This document shows, piece after piece, positions 38,131 through 48,330 of a stretch of DNA of 64,000 nt. The stretch is taken from the NCBI GenBank assembly GCA_965219025.1, contig OZ244716.1, forward strand, positions 102,726 through 166,725. The letters run 5' to 3'. The position numbers and the translations under genes are program-made. Each line of letters opens with the position of its first letter. The first letter of the stretch is position 1. Source of the stretch: Dehalococcoidia bacterium. GTDB taxonomy: Bacteria; Chloroflexota; Dehalococcoidia; Lucifugimonadales; UBA2985. The notes under the pieces were generated by a model, which worked only from the letters and a program-made list of their open reading frames with translations, was not told where the DNA came from and made no database searches.

Positions 38131-39131
38131 CCAGTGCCCCGCGTCGACCACGAACCGTCGGGTTCCGGCGGGGGGGACGAATCCCCTGACGCTCCTCTAT
38201 GAAGCGACCCTGCCAGCAGCATCGCAACCGCCCAGAACACCATCGCGGCCGCCAGGTGCGACCCTCTCACATCCGGCGGCAGCTTCAGCACTACGTTCAG
38301 GATCCCCAGCGTCGTCTGCAGGGCCAGCAGAGAGGCCATGAACCCCGCGATCGCCGCCAGGCCGGGGTGCCTTGCCGCGATCGCATGTACCGCCACCCCC
38401 ATCATCAGCAGCACCACCACGAGACCAATAACCCGATGCGCCATGTGTAACCACTGCGGGCCCGTCATGTCCCACGGAAGCACATTGCACAGCGGTATAG
38501 TAGTGCAGGCCAGCGGCGCGCCGACGCTCCGCGTCACGTAGGCTCCAGAAAGGAGCATCACGAACGTGGCGGCCGCCAGTACAGTCGAGGAACGGCGCAG
38601 CGCGCCCAGGTTCCACCCGGGCTGCAGGCCGTAGTGGAGCCATCGCGGGCGCACGAGCTGGGCGGCGGTCAGAGCCAGCAGTCCCACCAGTCCGGCGGCC
38701 ACGCCCGTATGGAGCAGCGCCCACCCCGGATCGATCTCGGACAGGACCGTGAATGCGCCGAGCGCCGCCTGAACCAGCAGGAACACGCCCGCCGCCGCAG
38801 CGAGCGCAAAGACGCGGCTTCGACGCCCGTAGTCTGCGTACACTGCCGCCACCATCAGGAGCGTGAACACTCCGGCAACGGCCGCCGACAGGCGGTGGAT
38901 GTACTCAATCCACGCCGCCAACTCCCAGGGCGGTACGATGCGCCCGTAGCACAGGGGCCAGTCCGGACAGCCGAGGCCTGAGCCGGTGACACGCACCACT
39001 CCTCCGAGCGTGACCGCCAGGAGCGCCGTGGCCAGCGCCGCTGCCGCCGTTGCCGGAGCCAGCCGGCCCGCCTCAGGTCGCTCGCGATCGGCGCCCGTCA
39101 GTTTGTCGCTCCGCTGAGTGCCGCCCACCAC
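38127..39131 (-). CDS. ctaA: Heme A synthase (COX15/CtaA)
   Basis: GSGLGCPDWPLC, EYIHR, second Cys pair CTTIPLC, HMAHR. Confidence 0.92.
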   Translation of the reverse strand: MVGGTQRSDKLTGADRERPEAGRLAPATAAAALATALLAVTLGGVVRVTGSGLGCPDWPLCYGRIVPPWELAAWIEYIHRLSAAVAGVFTLLMVAAVYADYGRRSRVFALAAAAGVFLLVQAALGAFTVLSEIDPGWALLHTGVAAGLVGLLALTAAQLVRPRWLHYGLQPGWNLGALRRSSTVLAAATFVMLLSGAYVTRSVGAPLACTTIPLCNVLPWDMTGPQWLHMAHRVIGLVVVLLMMGVAVHAIAARHPGLAAIAGFMASLLALQTTLGILNVVLKLPPDVRGSHLAAAMVFWAVAMLLAGSLHRGASGDSSPPPEPDGSWSTRGTG

Positions 39132-39132
39132 G

Positions 39133-39999
39133 TCACACAGCCGGCCGGAACTCCGGCAGACCCTCGTTCTCCTCCCTGTAAAACCAGCGCAGGAAAACCA
39201 CGCAGATCGCAGGCACGAAGACGATGAGCCACGTCACCTTCATGACGATGCCGCCAAGCTGCTGATCCGCCAGGGGCGACAGGTCGAACACCCTTGGCGC
39301 CGCCTCGTAGAACGGATAGAAGGTCTGGTTTGAGAAGGTGATCACGGCGAACAGGGGCGTCTGCGAAATGGACATCAGCACGAGGTACAGCAGCTGACCA
39401 GGGTACGACAGCGGCGGGAGTGAAGGGAGCGGGCTGAGGATGGGCCACCACGCTATGACCGCGGTAGAAAGGAACAGCAGATGCTCCAGGATGTGGAAGA
39501 TGTGGGCGTTCAGCGCCCCGTCATAGAACACTGGGAAGTGCCACACCGCGAACACGCCGGTGAACAGTAGAAACGCCAGTGGCGGGAATGTCAGCAGCCT
39601 GCCGAGCCTCTGCACCGCGTCCGAGCGCACCAGCGGCTTGATCAGCCAGCCCGGCGTGCCCAGCAACAGCAGGGGCGGCACCACAAGCGTGATCAGCATG
39701 TGCTGCGCCATGTGCGCGCTGAACAGGTAGCTGTCGCTCAGCTCGTGGATTGGGCCGGCCAGCGCGAAGAGCAGGATGAGTACGCCGGTCAGGAAGGACG
39801 CTACCTGCCATCCGCTCGGACCGGGTGACCCCGGCCCCGTGATTCGTTCTCGCAGCGGTCCAGTAAACAGCAGGTACAGGCCGGCCAGCAGAAACAGCCC
39901 AGAATAGAGATCAGGATGCCAGTGCCACACCCACCATTGAATGTCGATGCGGCCGCCGGCGTCCTGCGTGAGAATGGCGGGTAGTGTTATGCTCCACAA
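39133..39999 (-). CDS. ctaG: caa3-type cytochrome c oxidase assembly factor CtaG
   Basis: YLFSAHMAQHML, PPLLLLGTP, WHFP, DQQLGGIVM. Confidence 0.92.
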   Translation of the reverse strand: MWSITLPAILTQDAGGRIDIQWWVWHWHPDLYSGLFLLAGLYLLFTGPLRERITGPGSPGPSGWQVASFLTGVLILLFALAGPIHELSDSYLFSAHMAQHMLITLVVPPLLLLGTPGWLIKPLVRSDAVQRLGRLLTFPPLAFLLFTGVFAVWHFPVFYDGALNAHIFHILEHLLFLSTAVIAWWPILSPLPSLPPLSYPGQLLYLVLMSISQTPLFAVITFSNQTFYPFYEAAPRVFDLSPLADQQLGGIVMKVTWLIVFVPAICVVFLRWFYREENEGLPEFRPAV

Positions 40000-40145
40000 A
40001 TTGGAATACTCCGGCGTACAATCGGTCCGCCCGTCATGCTACGAGGGGGCTTCGCGCGCCGGAGCATCATGAAGCCGGATGGTGGCCTCTCCAAGACCGG
40101 CGCCCCGAGTTGCGGATCTCGCTCGGCGGTGTGCGCGTGCAGCGC

Positions 40146-40454
40146 CTAGAGCACCGCCTGGAACAGCACCAGTAGCGCTGTGATGACTCCGGAGGCCAGC
40201 ATCAGCCCCCCCACGAAGAACATCGAGAATAGCCTCTCGTCGAACTTCAGGTGCATGTAGAACATGGCCACAAGCGCGAACTTAAACACGGAGAGCACTG
40301 AGAATACGGTCAGCTTCACGCTGTCCAGCAATTGCTCCGGGAAGAATACGGCCCACTCGATGAACGTAACGATGCCCAATATGGCGGCGATCTTCAGGTA
40401 GGTCATCGCCGTCGGGTGCGCCGGGTGTCGCCCGTGTTCCATCGTCTCCTCCAC
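40146..40454 (-). CDS. Cytochrome c oxidase subunit IV
   Basis: KFALVAMFYMHLKFD motif, three TMs. Confidence 0.92.
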   Translation of the reverse strand: MEETMEHGRHPAHPTAMTYLKIAAILGIVTFIEWAVFFPEQLLDSVKLTVFSVLSVFKFALVAMFYMHLKFDERLFSMFFVGGLMLASGVITALLVLFQAVL

Positions 40455-40465
40455 TTATGCTATGC

Positions 40466-41179
40466 CTACGCCACTGTGACGCCTATCAGATAAACCACCG
40501 TGAATATGACGATCCACACTATGTCCACGAAGTGCCAGTAGAGCGCCGCCAGATCCACGTTCAGCCCTCCGTCACGCGCAAGGTCGTCGCCTTTGCGGCG
40601 GAAGGAGTAGCCGAACAGGGATAGCAGCCAGATCACGCCCACGGTCACGTGTGCCCCGTGGAAGCCCGTCAGCGTGAAGAAAGTGCTGCCGAACAGGTTG
40701 GTGCGCGGGGTGAGCCCGTAGTTGGCCTCGTATTCGGTGGCCCCGTTCATGCAGGCTTCCTCCGGGTGCAGCGCCGGTCTGTCCAGCGCAAGAGGGCACT
40801 CAAAGGTCTGATGGTGGTGGGCAAACTCGGTGAACTCGAAGTACTGGAAGCCCAGAAACGTCGAGCCGAGCAGCGCCGTGCACAGAATCCACACCCTGAA
40901 CCGCTTGACGTCGCCCCGGTTGATGGCGGAGTAGGACATCACCATCATCAGACTGCTCATCAGCAGGACGAATGTGCTGACCGTCGTGGTGTTTATGTCC
41001 AGGACGTCGGCCGGCCCGGGGCCGCTGTTGCTCTGCCCGTAATAGACCAGGTACGTGGCGATCAGCGAGCCGAAGAACATGCACTCCGAGCCCAGGAAGG
41101 CCCAAATCAGCATCTTCCGGTGGTCGATGCCGGTCGTTGTTGCGTGTTCGGCGTGCGGCGCCGCCTCAGTGTGTTCCAA
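40466..41179 (-). CDS. ctaE: Cytochrome c oxidase subunit III
   Basis: WAFLGSECMFF, LTGFHGAHV, YWHFVDIVW. Confidence 0.95.
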   Translation of the reverse strand: MEHTEAAPHAEHATTTGIDHRKMLIWAFLGSECMFFGSLIATYLVYYGQSNSGPGPADVLDINTTTVSTFVLLMSSLMMVMSYSAINRGDVKRFRVWILCTALLGSTFLGFQYFEFTEFAHHHQTFECPLALDRPALHPEEACMNGATEYEANYGLTPRTNLFGSTFFTLTGFHGAHVTVGVIWLLSLFGYSFRRKGDDLARDGGLNVDLAALYWHFVDIVWIVIFTVVYLIGVTVA

Positions 41180-41203
41180 CTTGCCCTCTCCCTGTGGCTA
41201 GTG

Positions 41204-43045
41204 TCAGTGTTCCTCCGGCGCGGTTGCCGGCTCCATCGACCAGGCGTAGACGCCAATCATTGTGATGAAGACGCCGATTATGCTGACCGGGAAGCTGTAG
41301 ACCAGACCGTAGCCGGCGATTCCAAGTCCAAGGGACGTGACCAATGGCAGGATGGAAGGGCTTGGCATGTGAATGCCGTGACCTTCGTCGTCGTCGTAAG
41401 CGCCTCCGGCCGGAACGTGAACTCCGTGGCCGTCGCCGTGCTTCTGGTCCCAGAACGCGTCGCGGCCGTGCACCGTGGGAATGACTGCAAAGTTGTACTC
41501 AGGCGGAGGCGAAGGTATGGACCACTCCAGGGTCCGCCCGTCCCAGGGGTCGTCGCCGGCCGATTCACCCTTGCGCAGGCTGCGGAAGAAGTTGTGCACG
41601 AAGATCAGCGTCGCAATGCCCAGGAGGAATGCACCCAGGGTGGACACCAGGTTCCAGAAGTCCCACCCCATGCCCTCCGGGTACGTGTAGTTCCTGCGCG
41701 GCATCCCGTCCAGCCCGAGGAAGTGCATGGGGTAGAATGCTATGTTCATGCCGAGGAAGGTGAGCCAGAAGTGCCACTGCCCAACCTTCTCATTGAGCAG
41801 GCGGCCGGTGGCCTTCGGGAACCAGTAGTAGATTCCTGCGAACACGGCCATGATGCTTCCGCCGAACAGGACGTAGTGGATGTGCGCCACGATGAAGTAC
41901 GTGTCCTGCTGCTGCGCGTCCGACGGCGCGACGGCGTGCATAACACCGCTCAGTCCGCCTACGATGAACAGGAAGATGAACCCGATCGCGAAGAGCGGCG
42001 CCGTCTTCAAGTCGATCGAGCCTCCCCACAGGGTGCCTATCCAGTTGAATATCTTGATGCCCGTGGGCACGGCGATGAACATGGTCGTTACGGCGAACAC
42101 GGAGTTTGCAATGGGCCCCAGTCCCACGGTGAACATGTGATGGCTCCACACGGCCCAGCCCATGAAGCCGATGGTGATTCCGGACAGCACCACGACCGGA
42201 TATCCGTAGAGCGGCTTGCGGGCAAAGGTGGGCAGCACCTCGGAGACAATGCCCATGGCAGGAAGAATCAGGATGTACACCTCCGGGTGTCCGAAGACCC
42301 AGAACAGATGCTGCCACAGGATCACGTCCGCGCCCGCATCCACGTTGAAGAAGTTCATTCCAAAGGTGCGGTCCATGTACAGCTCGATCAGCCCGACGGT
42401 GATGACCGGCATCGCCGTCACCAGCAGGAAGGAGGTCACCAATGTCATCCAGATGAACACCGGCAGCCGCATGAGCGTCATGCCCGGCGCCCGCAAGTTG
42501 ATGATGGTGATGATGAAGTTGAGGGCCGCGGCCACCGAGGATATTCCGAGCACGGCCAGGCCGACTACGTAGAAATCCATGCCTCTGCTGGGGTTGAAGC
42601 TCTCCGCCGTCAGCGGCGCATATGCGAACCAGCCTGTGTTGGGGGAGCTTCCGACAACCCAGCCCGTCTGCAATATCATCGCACCGAGCAGGAAGACCCA
42701 GTAGCTGAAGGCGTTGAGGCGCGGGAATGCCACGTCTCGGGCGCCAATCATCAGCGGCACCACCAGGTTGAAGAAGGCAGCGCTAAGGGGCATTATGGCA
42801 AGAAATATCATGGTGAGAGCGTGCATGGTGAAGAGCTGGCTGAAAACCTCCGCGCTTACGATGCCATGCTCCGCCCTGGCCAGCTGGAAACGCATTATGA
42901 GCGCCTCCAGGCCGCCCACCATGAAGAAGGCGAACGCTGTGACGCCGTACAGTATCCCGATCTTCTTGTGGTCCACCGTTGAGATCCAGCTCCAGATGCC
43001 GGTGGGCCTCGTGGGCCTGCTGAACACTCCTGCTATGGTAGCCAT
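41204..43045 (-). CDS. ctaD: Cytochrome c oxidase subunit I (A1 type)
   Basis: DHKKIG, FGHPEVY, WSHHMF, AHIHYV, GMPRR. Confidence 0.98.
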   Translation of the reverse strand: MATIAGVFSRPTRPTGIWSWISTVDHKKIGILYGVTAFAFFMVGGLEALIMRFQLARAEHGIVSAEVFSQLFTMHALTMIFLAIMPLSAAFFNLVVPLMIGARDVAFPRLNAFSYWVFLLGAMILQTGWVVGSSPNTGWFAYAPLTAESFNPSRGMDFYVVGLAVLGISSVAAALNFIITIINLRAPGMTLMRLPVFIWMTLVTSFLLVTAMPVITVGLIELYMDRTFGMNFFNVDAGADVILWQHLFWVFGHPEVYILILPAMGIVSEVLPTFARKPLYGYPVVVLSGITIGFMGWAVWSHHMFTVGLGPIANSVFAVTTMFIAVPTGIKIFNWIGTLWGGSIDLKTAPLFAIGFIFLFIVGGLSGVMHAVAPSDAQQQDTYFIVAHIHYVLFGGSIMAVFAGIYYWFPKATGRLLNEKVGQWHFWLTFLGMNIAFYPMHFLGLDGMPRRNYTYPEGMGWDFWNLVSTLGAFLLGIATLIFVHNFFRSLRKGESAGDDPWDGRTLEWSIPSPPPEYNFAVIPTVHGRDAFWDQKHGDGHGVHVPAGGAYDDDEGHGIHMPSPSILPLVTSLGLGIAGYGLVYSFPVSIIGVFITMIGVYAWSMEPATAPEEH

Positions 43046-43135
43046 CTGTTCCCTCCGCTGCTCTTCGCCACGCCGGCTGGCGGGGTGAGATGCGAAAGAC
43101 TCTGCCTGAGCCCTTGTCCCATTGCAGCTCTCATT

Positions 43136-44176
43136 CTACTTCAGACTCAAGATATATGCAGTAAGGTTGTTGACGTCCTCATCGCTGAGGGCGAAGTTCG
43201 GATTTGTGTAGGCCAGTCCGTCCCTGTTCATAATGTTCCCTGGCTTGAATTCGGAAGGGTCGGTTATCCAGGCCCGCACGTTCTCCTCGGTGTTGTCCAG
43301 AACGCCGGCGGCAATTGAGTTGCGGCTGCCCACGTGGGTCATGTTCGGCCCGATGATACCCGCAGCGGCCGGCACACCGGTAATCTTGTGGCAGGCGATG
43401 CAGGCCTTCGTAATGAACAGCTGCGCGCCCACGGTCTCCGCCTCCGTTGATGGCTGTGGAGCCTCGGCCAGCTGTGCCTGTGTCCAGGCCTCGTAGTCCT
43501 CCTGGGACTCGGCGATGACCCGGAACTTCATCCAGGTGTGGGACTCGCCGCAGAACTCGGCGCACTGCCCCAGATACTCGCCCGGCTCGTCCGCCTGGAA
43601 CCACATGCTGGTCGTCTTGCCCGGCACCACGTCGATCTTGCCCGCCAGTTTGGGAATCCAGAAGCTGTGGATTACATCCTCTGAGGTCAGGTCAACCACC
43701 ACCGCCTTGCCCACTGGAACGTGAATCTCGTTTGCCGTGACCACGCCGGAGTCCGGGTACTCCACGGACCACCACCACTGGTGTCCCGTGACCTCGATCC
43801 GCATCTGGTCGGAGCCCGCCGGCGGTTCCGTGATGTAGAACTGCCCGGCCACCGTGGGGACGGCCAAGGCCGCAAGCAGGAGCGCTGGAATGAGCGTCCA
43901 GGTTATCTCCAGCTTGGCACTGCCGTGCACCTGCTCCGGAATACCCTGACCGGGCCTTCTGCGGTAGCGTATAACCGTATAGACCAGCCACCCGCACACC
44001 AGCACAAATACTACGAGTACAGCCCAAAAGAGAAGCCAGAACAGACCAAGCTGCCGTTCCGCAACAGGACCATAGGCCTGAAGAATCGATTGGGGACTAT
44101 CCGGATTGCACCCGACCGCGAGGAGAAGGCCGAGTACCGCTATCGCAGGAGATCTAAAGAGACTTCGCTTCATCAT
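43136..44176 (-). CDS. ctaC: Cytochrome c oxidase subunit II with fused cytochrome c (caa3 type)
   Basis: Lipobox LAVGC, DVIHSFW, CAEFCGESHTWM (CuA), CIACH heme c. Confidence 0.97.
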   Translation of the reverse strand: MMKRSLFRSPAIAVLGLLLAVGCNPDSPQSILQAYGPVAERQLGLFWLLFWAVLVVFVLVCGWLVYTVIRYRRRPGQGIPEQVHGSAKLEITWTLIPALLLAALAVPTVAGQFYITEPPAGSDQMRIEVTGHQWWWSVEYPDSGVVTANEIHVPVGKAVVVDLTSEDVIHSFWIPKLAGKIDVVPGKTTSMWFQADEPGEYLGQCAEFCGESHTWMKFRVIAESQEDYEAWTQAQLAEAPQPSTEAETVGAQLFITKACIACHKITGVPAAAGIIGPNMTHVGSRNSIAAGVLDNTEENVRAWITDPSEFKPGNIMNRDGLAYTNPNFALSDEDVNNLTAYILSLK

Positions 44177-44267
44177 TGCCGGGGTCTTTTATTCGATCCT
44201 ACCGAGCATTGACGCTTCCCGACCGGCGGCATCAGTTGGCATGTTCCCTGCCCTCCAACGCCGTGGA

Positions 44268-44285
44268 TTGTGCTAAGCGTCACAA
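44268..44285. promoter_or_regulatory. Putative Rex-type operator upstream of the oxidase operon
   Basis: TTGTG-CTAAGCGT-CACAA, 18 bp, matches the outer arms of the Rex consensus TTGTGAA-N4-TTCACAA. Confidence 0.55.
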
Positions 44286-44505
44286 CATTACCACGCAGCC
44301 TGATTTCTGGCAAGTAGTTTTGAAACGAAATCGAGCGGATTCGTGCAGCGCCAAACCTGGAGTCGCCTGTCCGTCCCCACGCCTCCTACGCCCGCCGGTC
44401 GCGATGCCGCCCGACCTGTGATAGAATCACCAGCGTCGCCGTTCCTCCGCGCGCCGCTTGGAGCGCCGGCACTGGGCGGCGCCTCGGTATAGAAAGGGGA
44501 ATCGA

Positions 44506-45315
44506 ATGCAGGGCCCGTCGGCCGGTGACTCGCCAGGCACGCTCATCAGCCTCCTGACCGGCGATCCGTCGGAGTACACCCGCGGCTGCGCAGCGCTGGC
44601 GCTCGGTCAGGCCCGTGTCGTGCGCGCGCAGAACCAACTGCTCCGCGCGCTCTCAGACGAGTCGGCGTGGGTGCGCGGCTGGTCGGCATTCGCCCTCGGA
44701 CGCCTACAGCAGCCGAACGCGCTCCCCAACCTCTGCCAGGCCCTCGGCGACGAGGACGTTTGGGTGCGGCAACAGGCCGCCGACGCCATCGTCCGATTCG
44801 AGAGCCACCTTGCGGATGCGGCGCTCCTGCAGTCCCTCAAGCAGCGTGATCCCACCGCGAGGTCCTGGACGCTCCACGCCATCGCCGGCCGGGGCCACCC
44901 CGACACCGCGATGGACGTAGTGCCCATACTTGAGGACGAGAGCCGCCCCGTGCGGCTGAGCGCGATTCGCACGCTCTACCGCCTTGGACAGGCCGCGGCC
45001 GCCGCGCCGGTCCGGATGTTCCTCCGAGACAACAACGAGAACATCCGCGGCGCGGCCGCCTACGCACTCGGCGCGCTGGGCGACCGCGAGAGTGTGGCAG
45101 CCCTCACGCTGGCCCTCACAGACTCCAAGCCCTGGGTGCGCCGCAACGCTGCGTGGTCGCTGCTGGCCATGGGCGAGGCCCTGAACCTGGTCGCGTCCAT
45201 GACACGCGACGAAGACCAAGGTGTCCGCCTCTTTGCCGAGAACGCTCGCACAAAGCTGCACGGCGCCCCCCACGCAAATGCAGCTCCGGAGCAGGCGCCG
45301 GAAGCCTTCGCATAG
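44506..45315 (+). CDS. HEAT/PBS-lyase repeat protein
   Basis: Repeated L.D....VR..AA.ALG.LG units (about 7-8). Confidence 0.9.
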   Translation: MQGPSAGDSPGTLISLLTGDPSEYTRGCAALALGQARVVRAQNQLLRALSDESAWVRGWSAFALGRLQQPNALPNLCQALGDEDVWVRQQAADAIVRFESHLADAALLQSLKQRDPTARSWTLHAIAGRGHPDTAMDVVPILEDESRPVRLSAIRTLYRLGQAAAAAPVRMFLRDNNENIRGAAAYALGALGDRESVAALTLALTDSKPWVRRNAAWSLLAMGEALNLVASMTRDEDQGVRLFAENARTKLHGAPHANAAPEQAPEAFA

Positions 45316-45476
45316 CCCCGTCTATTCTCGCCCGGAGACCACGGCTGTGCCCATTTCGCCTACCATAGCTGCCCACCGCGACTCGCGGTCACGCTTTGAC
45401 TGTAGTCCCCGTGGTGATAGAATGGTGCCCTGAGAATCGGCACAACCCTAAATAGCATTCGGGCGGATGACCGGAA

Positions 45477-48317
45477 ATGACCCAGCTAGATCACCCTGCA
45501 CGAGACATACCCAAAGCCTACGATCCTGGCGCAGTTGAGCAGCGCCTCTACGGCTCGTGGATCGACGGCGGCTACTTCACGCCCACAATCGACCCCGAGA
45601 AGGAGCCGTTCGTGATCATAATGCCTCCGCCCAACGTGACGGGGGAGCTTCACCTCGGCCACGCACTCCAGGCCACCCTCGCAGACATCATGGTCAGGTG
45701 GCACCGCATGAAGGGAGAGCCCACGCTCTGGCTCCCCGGCGCCGACCACGCCGGCATTGCCACCCAGGTCATGGTGGAGCGCAGCCTGGCGCAGGAGGCC
45801 GCGGAACACCCCGAGGATGAGGCCGGCCTCACGCGGCAGCAGCTTGGCCGCGAGCGCTTCCTCGAGCGCGTGTGGGACTGGGTACGGCGATACGGCCACA
45901 CAATAGACGAGCAGCACAAGCGACTCGGAGCGTCCTGCGACTGGACGCGCCGCCGCTTCACCCTCGACGAAGGTCCCAGCCTCGCCGTGCGTACCACGTT
46001 CGCCAACCTGTATGAGAAGGGCCTCATCTACCGCGGCGAGCGCATCATCAACTGGTGCCCAAGGTGCTCCACCGCCCTCTCGGACCTGGAGGTGGACCAC
46101 GAGGAAGAGAGGTCGTTCCTCTACCACATACGCTATCCCCTGGAGGACGGCGACGGCTACCTGACGGTCGCGACCACCCGTCCGGAGACCCTCCTTGGCG
46201 ACACCGCAGTGGCCGTCAACCCAGACGATGACCGCTACCGCCACCTCGTCGGTCGTCGCGTCCTGTTGCCTATACTCAACCGGCCGCTGCCCATCGTGGG
46301 CGACGACGCCGTCGACCCGGAGTTCGGCACGGGCGCACTCAAGGTCACGCCCGGCCACGACCCCGTCGACTTCGAGGTGGGCCAGCGTCACGGCCTGCCA
46401 CTCGTCACCGCCATCAACCTGGACGGCACCATGAGCTGCGAGGCCGGCCCGTACGAGGGCATGGACCGCGTACGCTGCCGTGAGGTCATACTCCGGGACC
46501 TGGACTCCGCCGGCCTGCTCGACCACCAGGAGCCCTACAGCCACTCCGTGGGCCACTGCGGCCGGTGCGGCGTCGTCGTGGAGCCGCTGGCCAGCAGGCA
46601 GTGGTTCGTCAGCATGGAGGACCTTGCCAGGCCCGCGATGGACGTGGTCAGGCACGGGCGTATCAAGATCGTGCCGGACAGGTACTCAAGGGTGTACCTG
46701 AACTGGATGGAGAACATCCGTGACTGGTGCATCAGCCGCCAGCTGTGGTGGGGTCACCGCATCCCGGCCTGGTACTGCCTCGACTGCTCGCAGGACGCGA
46801 TCCACCTGGTCTTTCCGCCGGAGGACGGCCTGCAGGACGGCGCCTACCGCACGCTCCGAGAGCAGGGCCTCGCCTGGAACGACATCGAGGCAAGGGCTCT
46901 GCACGTTTTCACCGACCTGACCGCCCAGCCAATCGTCGCGCTGGAGCCGCCGGAGGCCTGCCCCGCGTGCGGTGGGTCAGAGCTGTTCCAGGACCCCGAC
47001 GTGCTCGACACCTGGTTCTCCTCGGCCCTCTGGCCCCACTCAACGCTCGGCTGGCCCACTGACGCCGACGACATGCGTTACTTCTATCCCACCACCGTCA
47101 TGGAGACAGGCTACGACATCCTCTTCTTCTGGGTTGCTCGAATGGTGATGATGGGCCTGGAGAACGCAGGCGAGATACCCTTCAAGTGGGTCTATCTGTC
47201 GGGCCTCATCAGGGACGAGCAAGGCGCCAAGATGAGCAAGACCAGGGGAAACGTCACCGACCCGCTGGAGGCCATCGAAGCCTACGGTACCGACGCCCTC
47301 CGCTTCACTCTGACCACGGGCAACGCACCCGGCAACGACCTGCGCATCAGCGACGGGAAGCTGGCCGCCAGTCGCAACTTCGTGAACAAGGTGTGGAACG
47401 CTGCCCGGTACGTGCTCACAAACCTGAGCGAAACACAAAGTCAGCCGGAGTGGCGCACTCCTCCCCTGCTTCATCGCCACGACCGATGGATCGTCGGCCG
47501 CCTCAACGAGGTGGCCGGACAGGTCGACCGCTTCATGGAGGACTTCCTGTTCGGCGAGGCGCAGCGCGAGGTCCACGACTTCTTCTGGAACGAGTTCTGC
47601 GACTGGTACATAGAGATGGCCAAGCTGAGGCTCAGGGCCGGTTCCGAGCCATCCCCTCTGCCGGTCCTTGTACACGTTGTGGAAAAGAGCATGCGCCTGA
47701 TGCACCCGTTCCTGCCCTTCGTTACCGAGGAGATATGGCAGACCCTCAAGGACAGCCTGACCGGCACGGAGGACATGCAGGACTCAATCGTGATCGCGGA
47801 CTATCCCGCCGCGGAGCCTTCGAGGCTTGACGCCCAGGCTGAGAGGGAGATGGAGCTTGTGATGGGCGTGGTGAGAGCTATCCGAAACGTCAGGGCCGAG
47901 TTTAAGATCCCGCCGAACCGAGCACTCACCTGCCTGGTTGAGCACTCCGCGTCCGGCGCGGCCCTCCGCGAGGAGGCGGACGTCGTTGAGAGCCTGGCGC
48001 GGACGGAGCCTCTCGTCTTCCCTGCGGAGGGCGACACCCGGCCGCCGGTTGCTTCGACAGTGTCCGCGGTGCTGCCCGACGCGACGGTGCTGATTTCGCT
48101 GGAGAGTCTGGTGGACACGTCCGCCGAGCGCACTCGGCTGGAGCGCGAGCTTCAGGAGTGCCTGGACAACATGCAGAGGCTCTCACAGAGGCTGGGCAAC
48201 GCAGACTTTACGACCAAGGCGCCGGAGGACGTGGTGGAGCGAGAGAGAGAGCGGCTGGAGCGCCTGGGCGAGCGCAGAGACAGGGTGCAGGAGCTTCTGG
48301 CCCAGCTAACTGCGTAG
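45477..48317 (+). CDS. valS: Valine--tRNA ligase
   Basis: PPPNVTGELHLGH, ATTRPET, DWCISRQLWWGH, KMSKT, C-terminal coiled coil. Confidence 0.98.
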   Translation: MTQLDHPARDIPKAYDPGAVEQRLYGSWIDGGYFTPTIDPEKEPFVIIMPPPNVTGELHLGHALQATLADIMVRWHRMKGEPTLWLPGADHAGIATQVMVERSLAQEAAEHPEDEAGLTRQQLGRERFLERVWDWVRRYGHTIDEQHKRLGASCDWTRRRFTLDEGPSLAVRTTFANLYEKGLIYRGERIINWCPRCSTALSDLEVDHEEERSFLYHIRYPLEDGDGYLTVATTRPETLLGDTAVAVNPDDDRYRHLVGRRVLLPILNRPLPIVGDDAVDPEFGTGALKVTPGHDPVDFEVGQRHGLPLVTAINLDGTMSCEAGPYEGMDRVRCREVILRDLDSAGLLDHQEPYSHSVGHCGRCGVVVEPLASRQWFVSMEDLARPAMDVVRHGRIKIVPDRYSRVYLNWMENIRDWCISRQLWWGHRIPAWYCLDCSQDAIHLVFPPEDGLQDGAYRTLREQGLAWNDIEARALHVFTDLTAQPIVALEPPEACPACGGSELFQDPDVLDTWFSSALWPHSTLGWPTDADDMRYFYPTTVMETGYDILFFWVARMVMMGLENAGEIPFKWVYLSGLIRDEQGAKMSKTRGNVTDPLEAIEAYGTDALRFTLTTGNAPGNDLRISDGKLAASRNFVNKVWNAARYVLTNLSETQSQPEWRTPPLLHRHDRWIVGRLNEVAGQVDRFMEDFLFGEAQREVHDFFWNEFCDWYIEMAKLRLRAGSEPSPLPVLVHVVEKSMRLMHPFLPFVTEEIWQTLKDSLTGTEDMQDSIVIADYPAAEPSRLDAQAEREMELVMGVVRAIRNVRAEFKIPPNRALTCLVEHSASGAALREEADVVESLARTEPLVFPAEGDTRPPVASTVSAVLPDATVLISLESLVDTSAERTRLERELQECLDNMQRLSQRLGNADFTTKAPEDVVERERERLERLGERRDRVQELLAQLTA

Positions 48318-48330
48318 GCTGCCCGCCGCC

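Noticed and set aside
40649-42982. 777-aa plus-strand ORF, and similar long antisense ORFs (51567-53879, 24191-25816, 55837-57273, 18841-20304)
   Set aside because: Antisense shadows of well-supported genes, expected from high-GC codon bias; no recognisable motifs.
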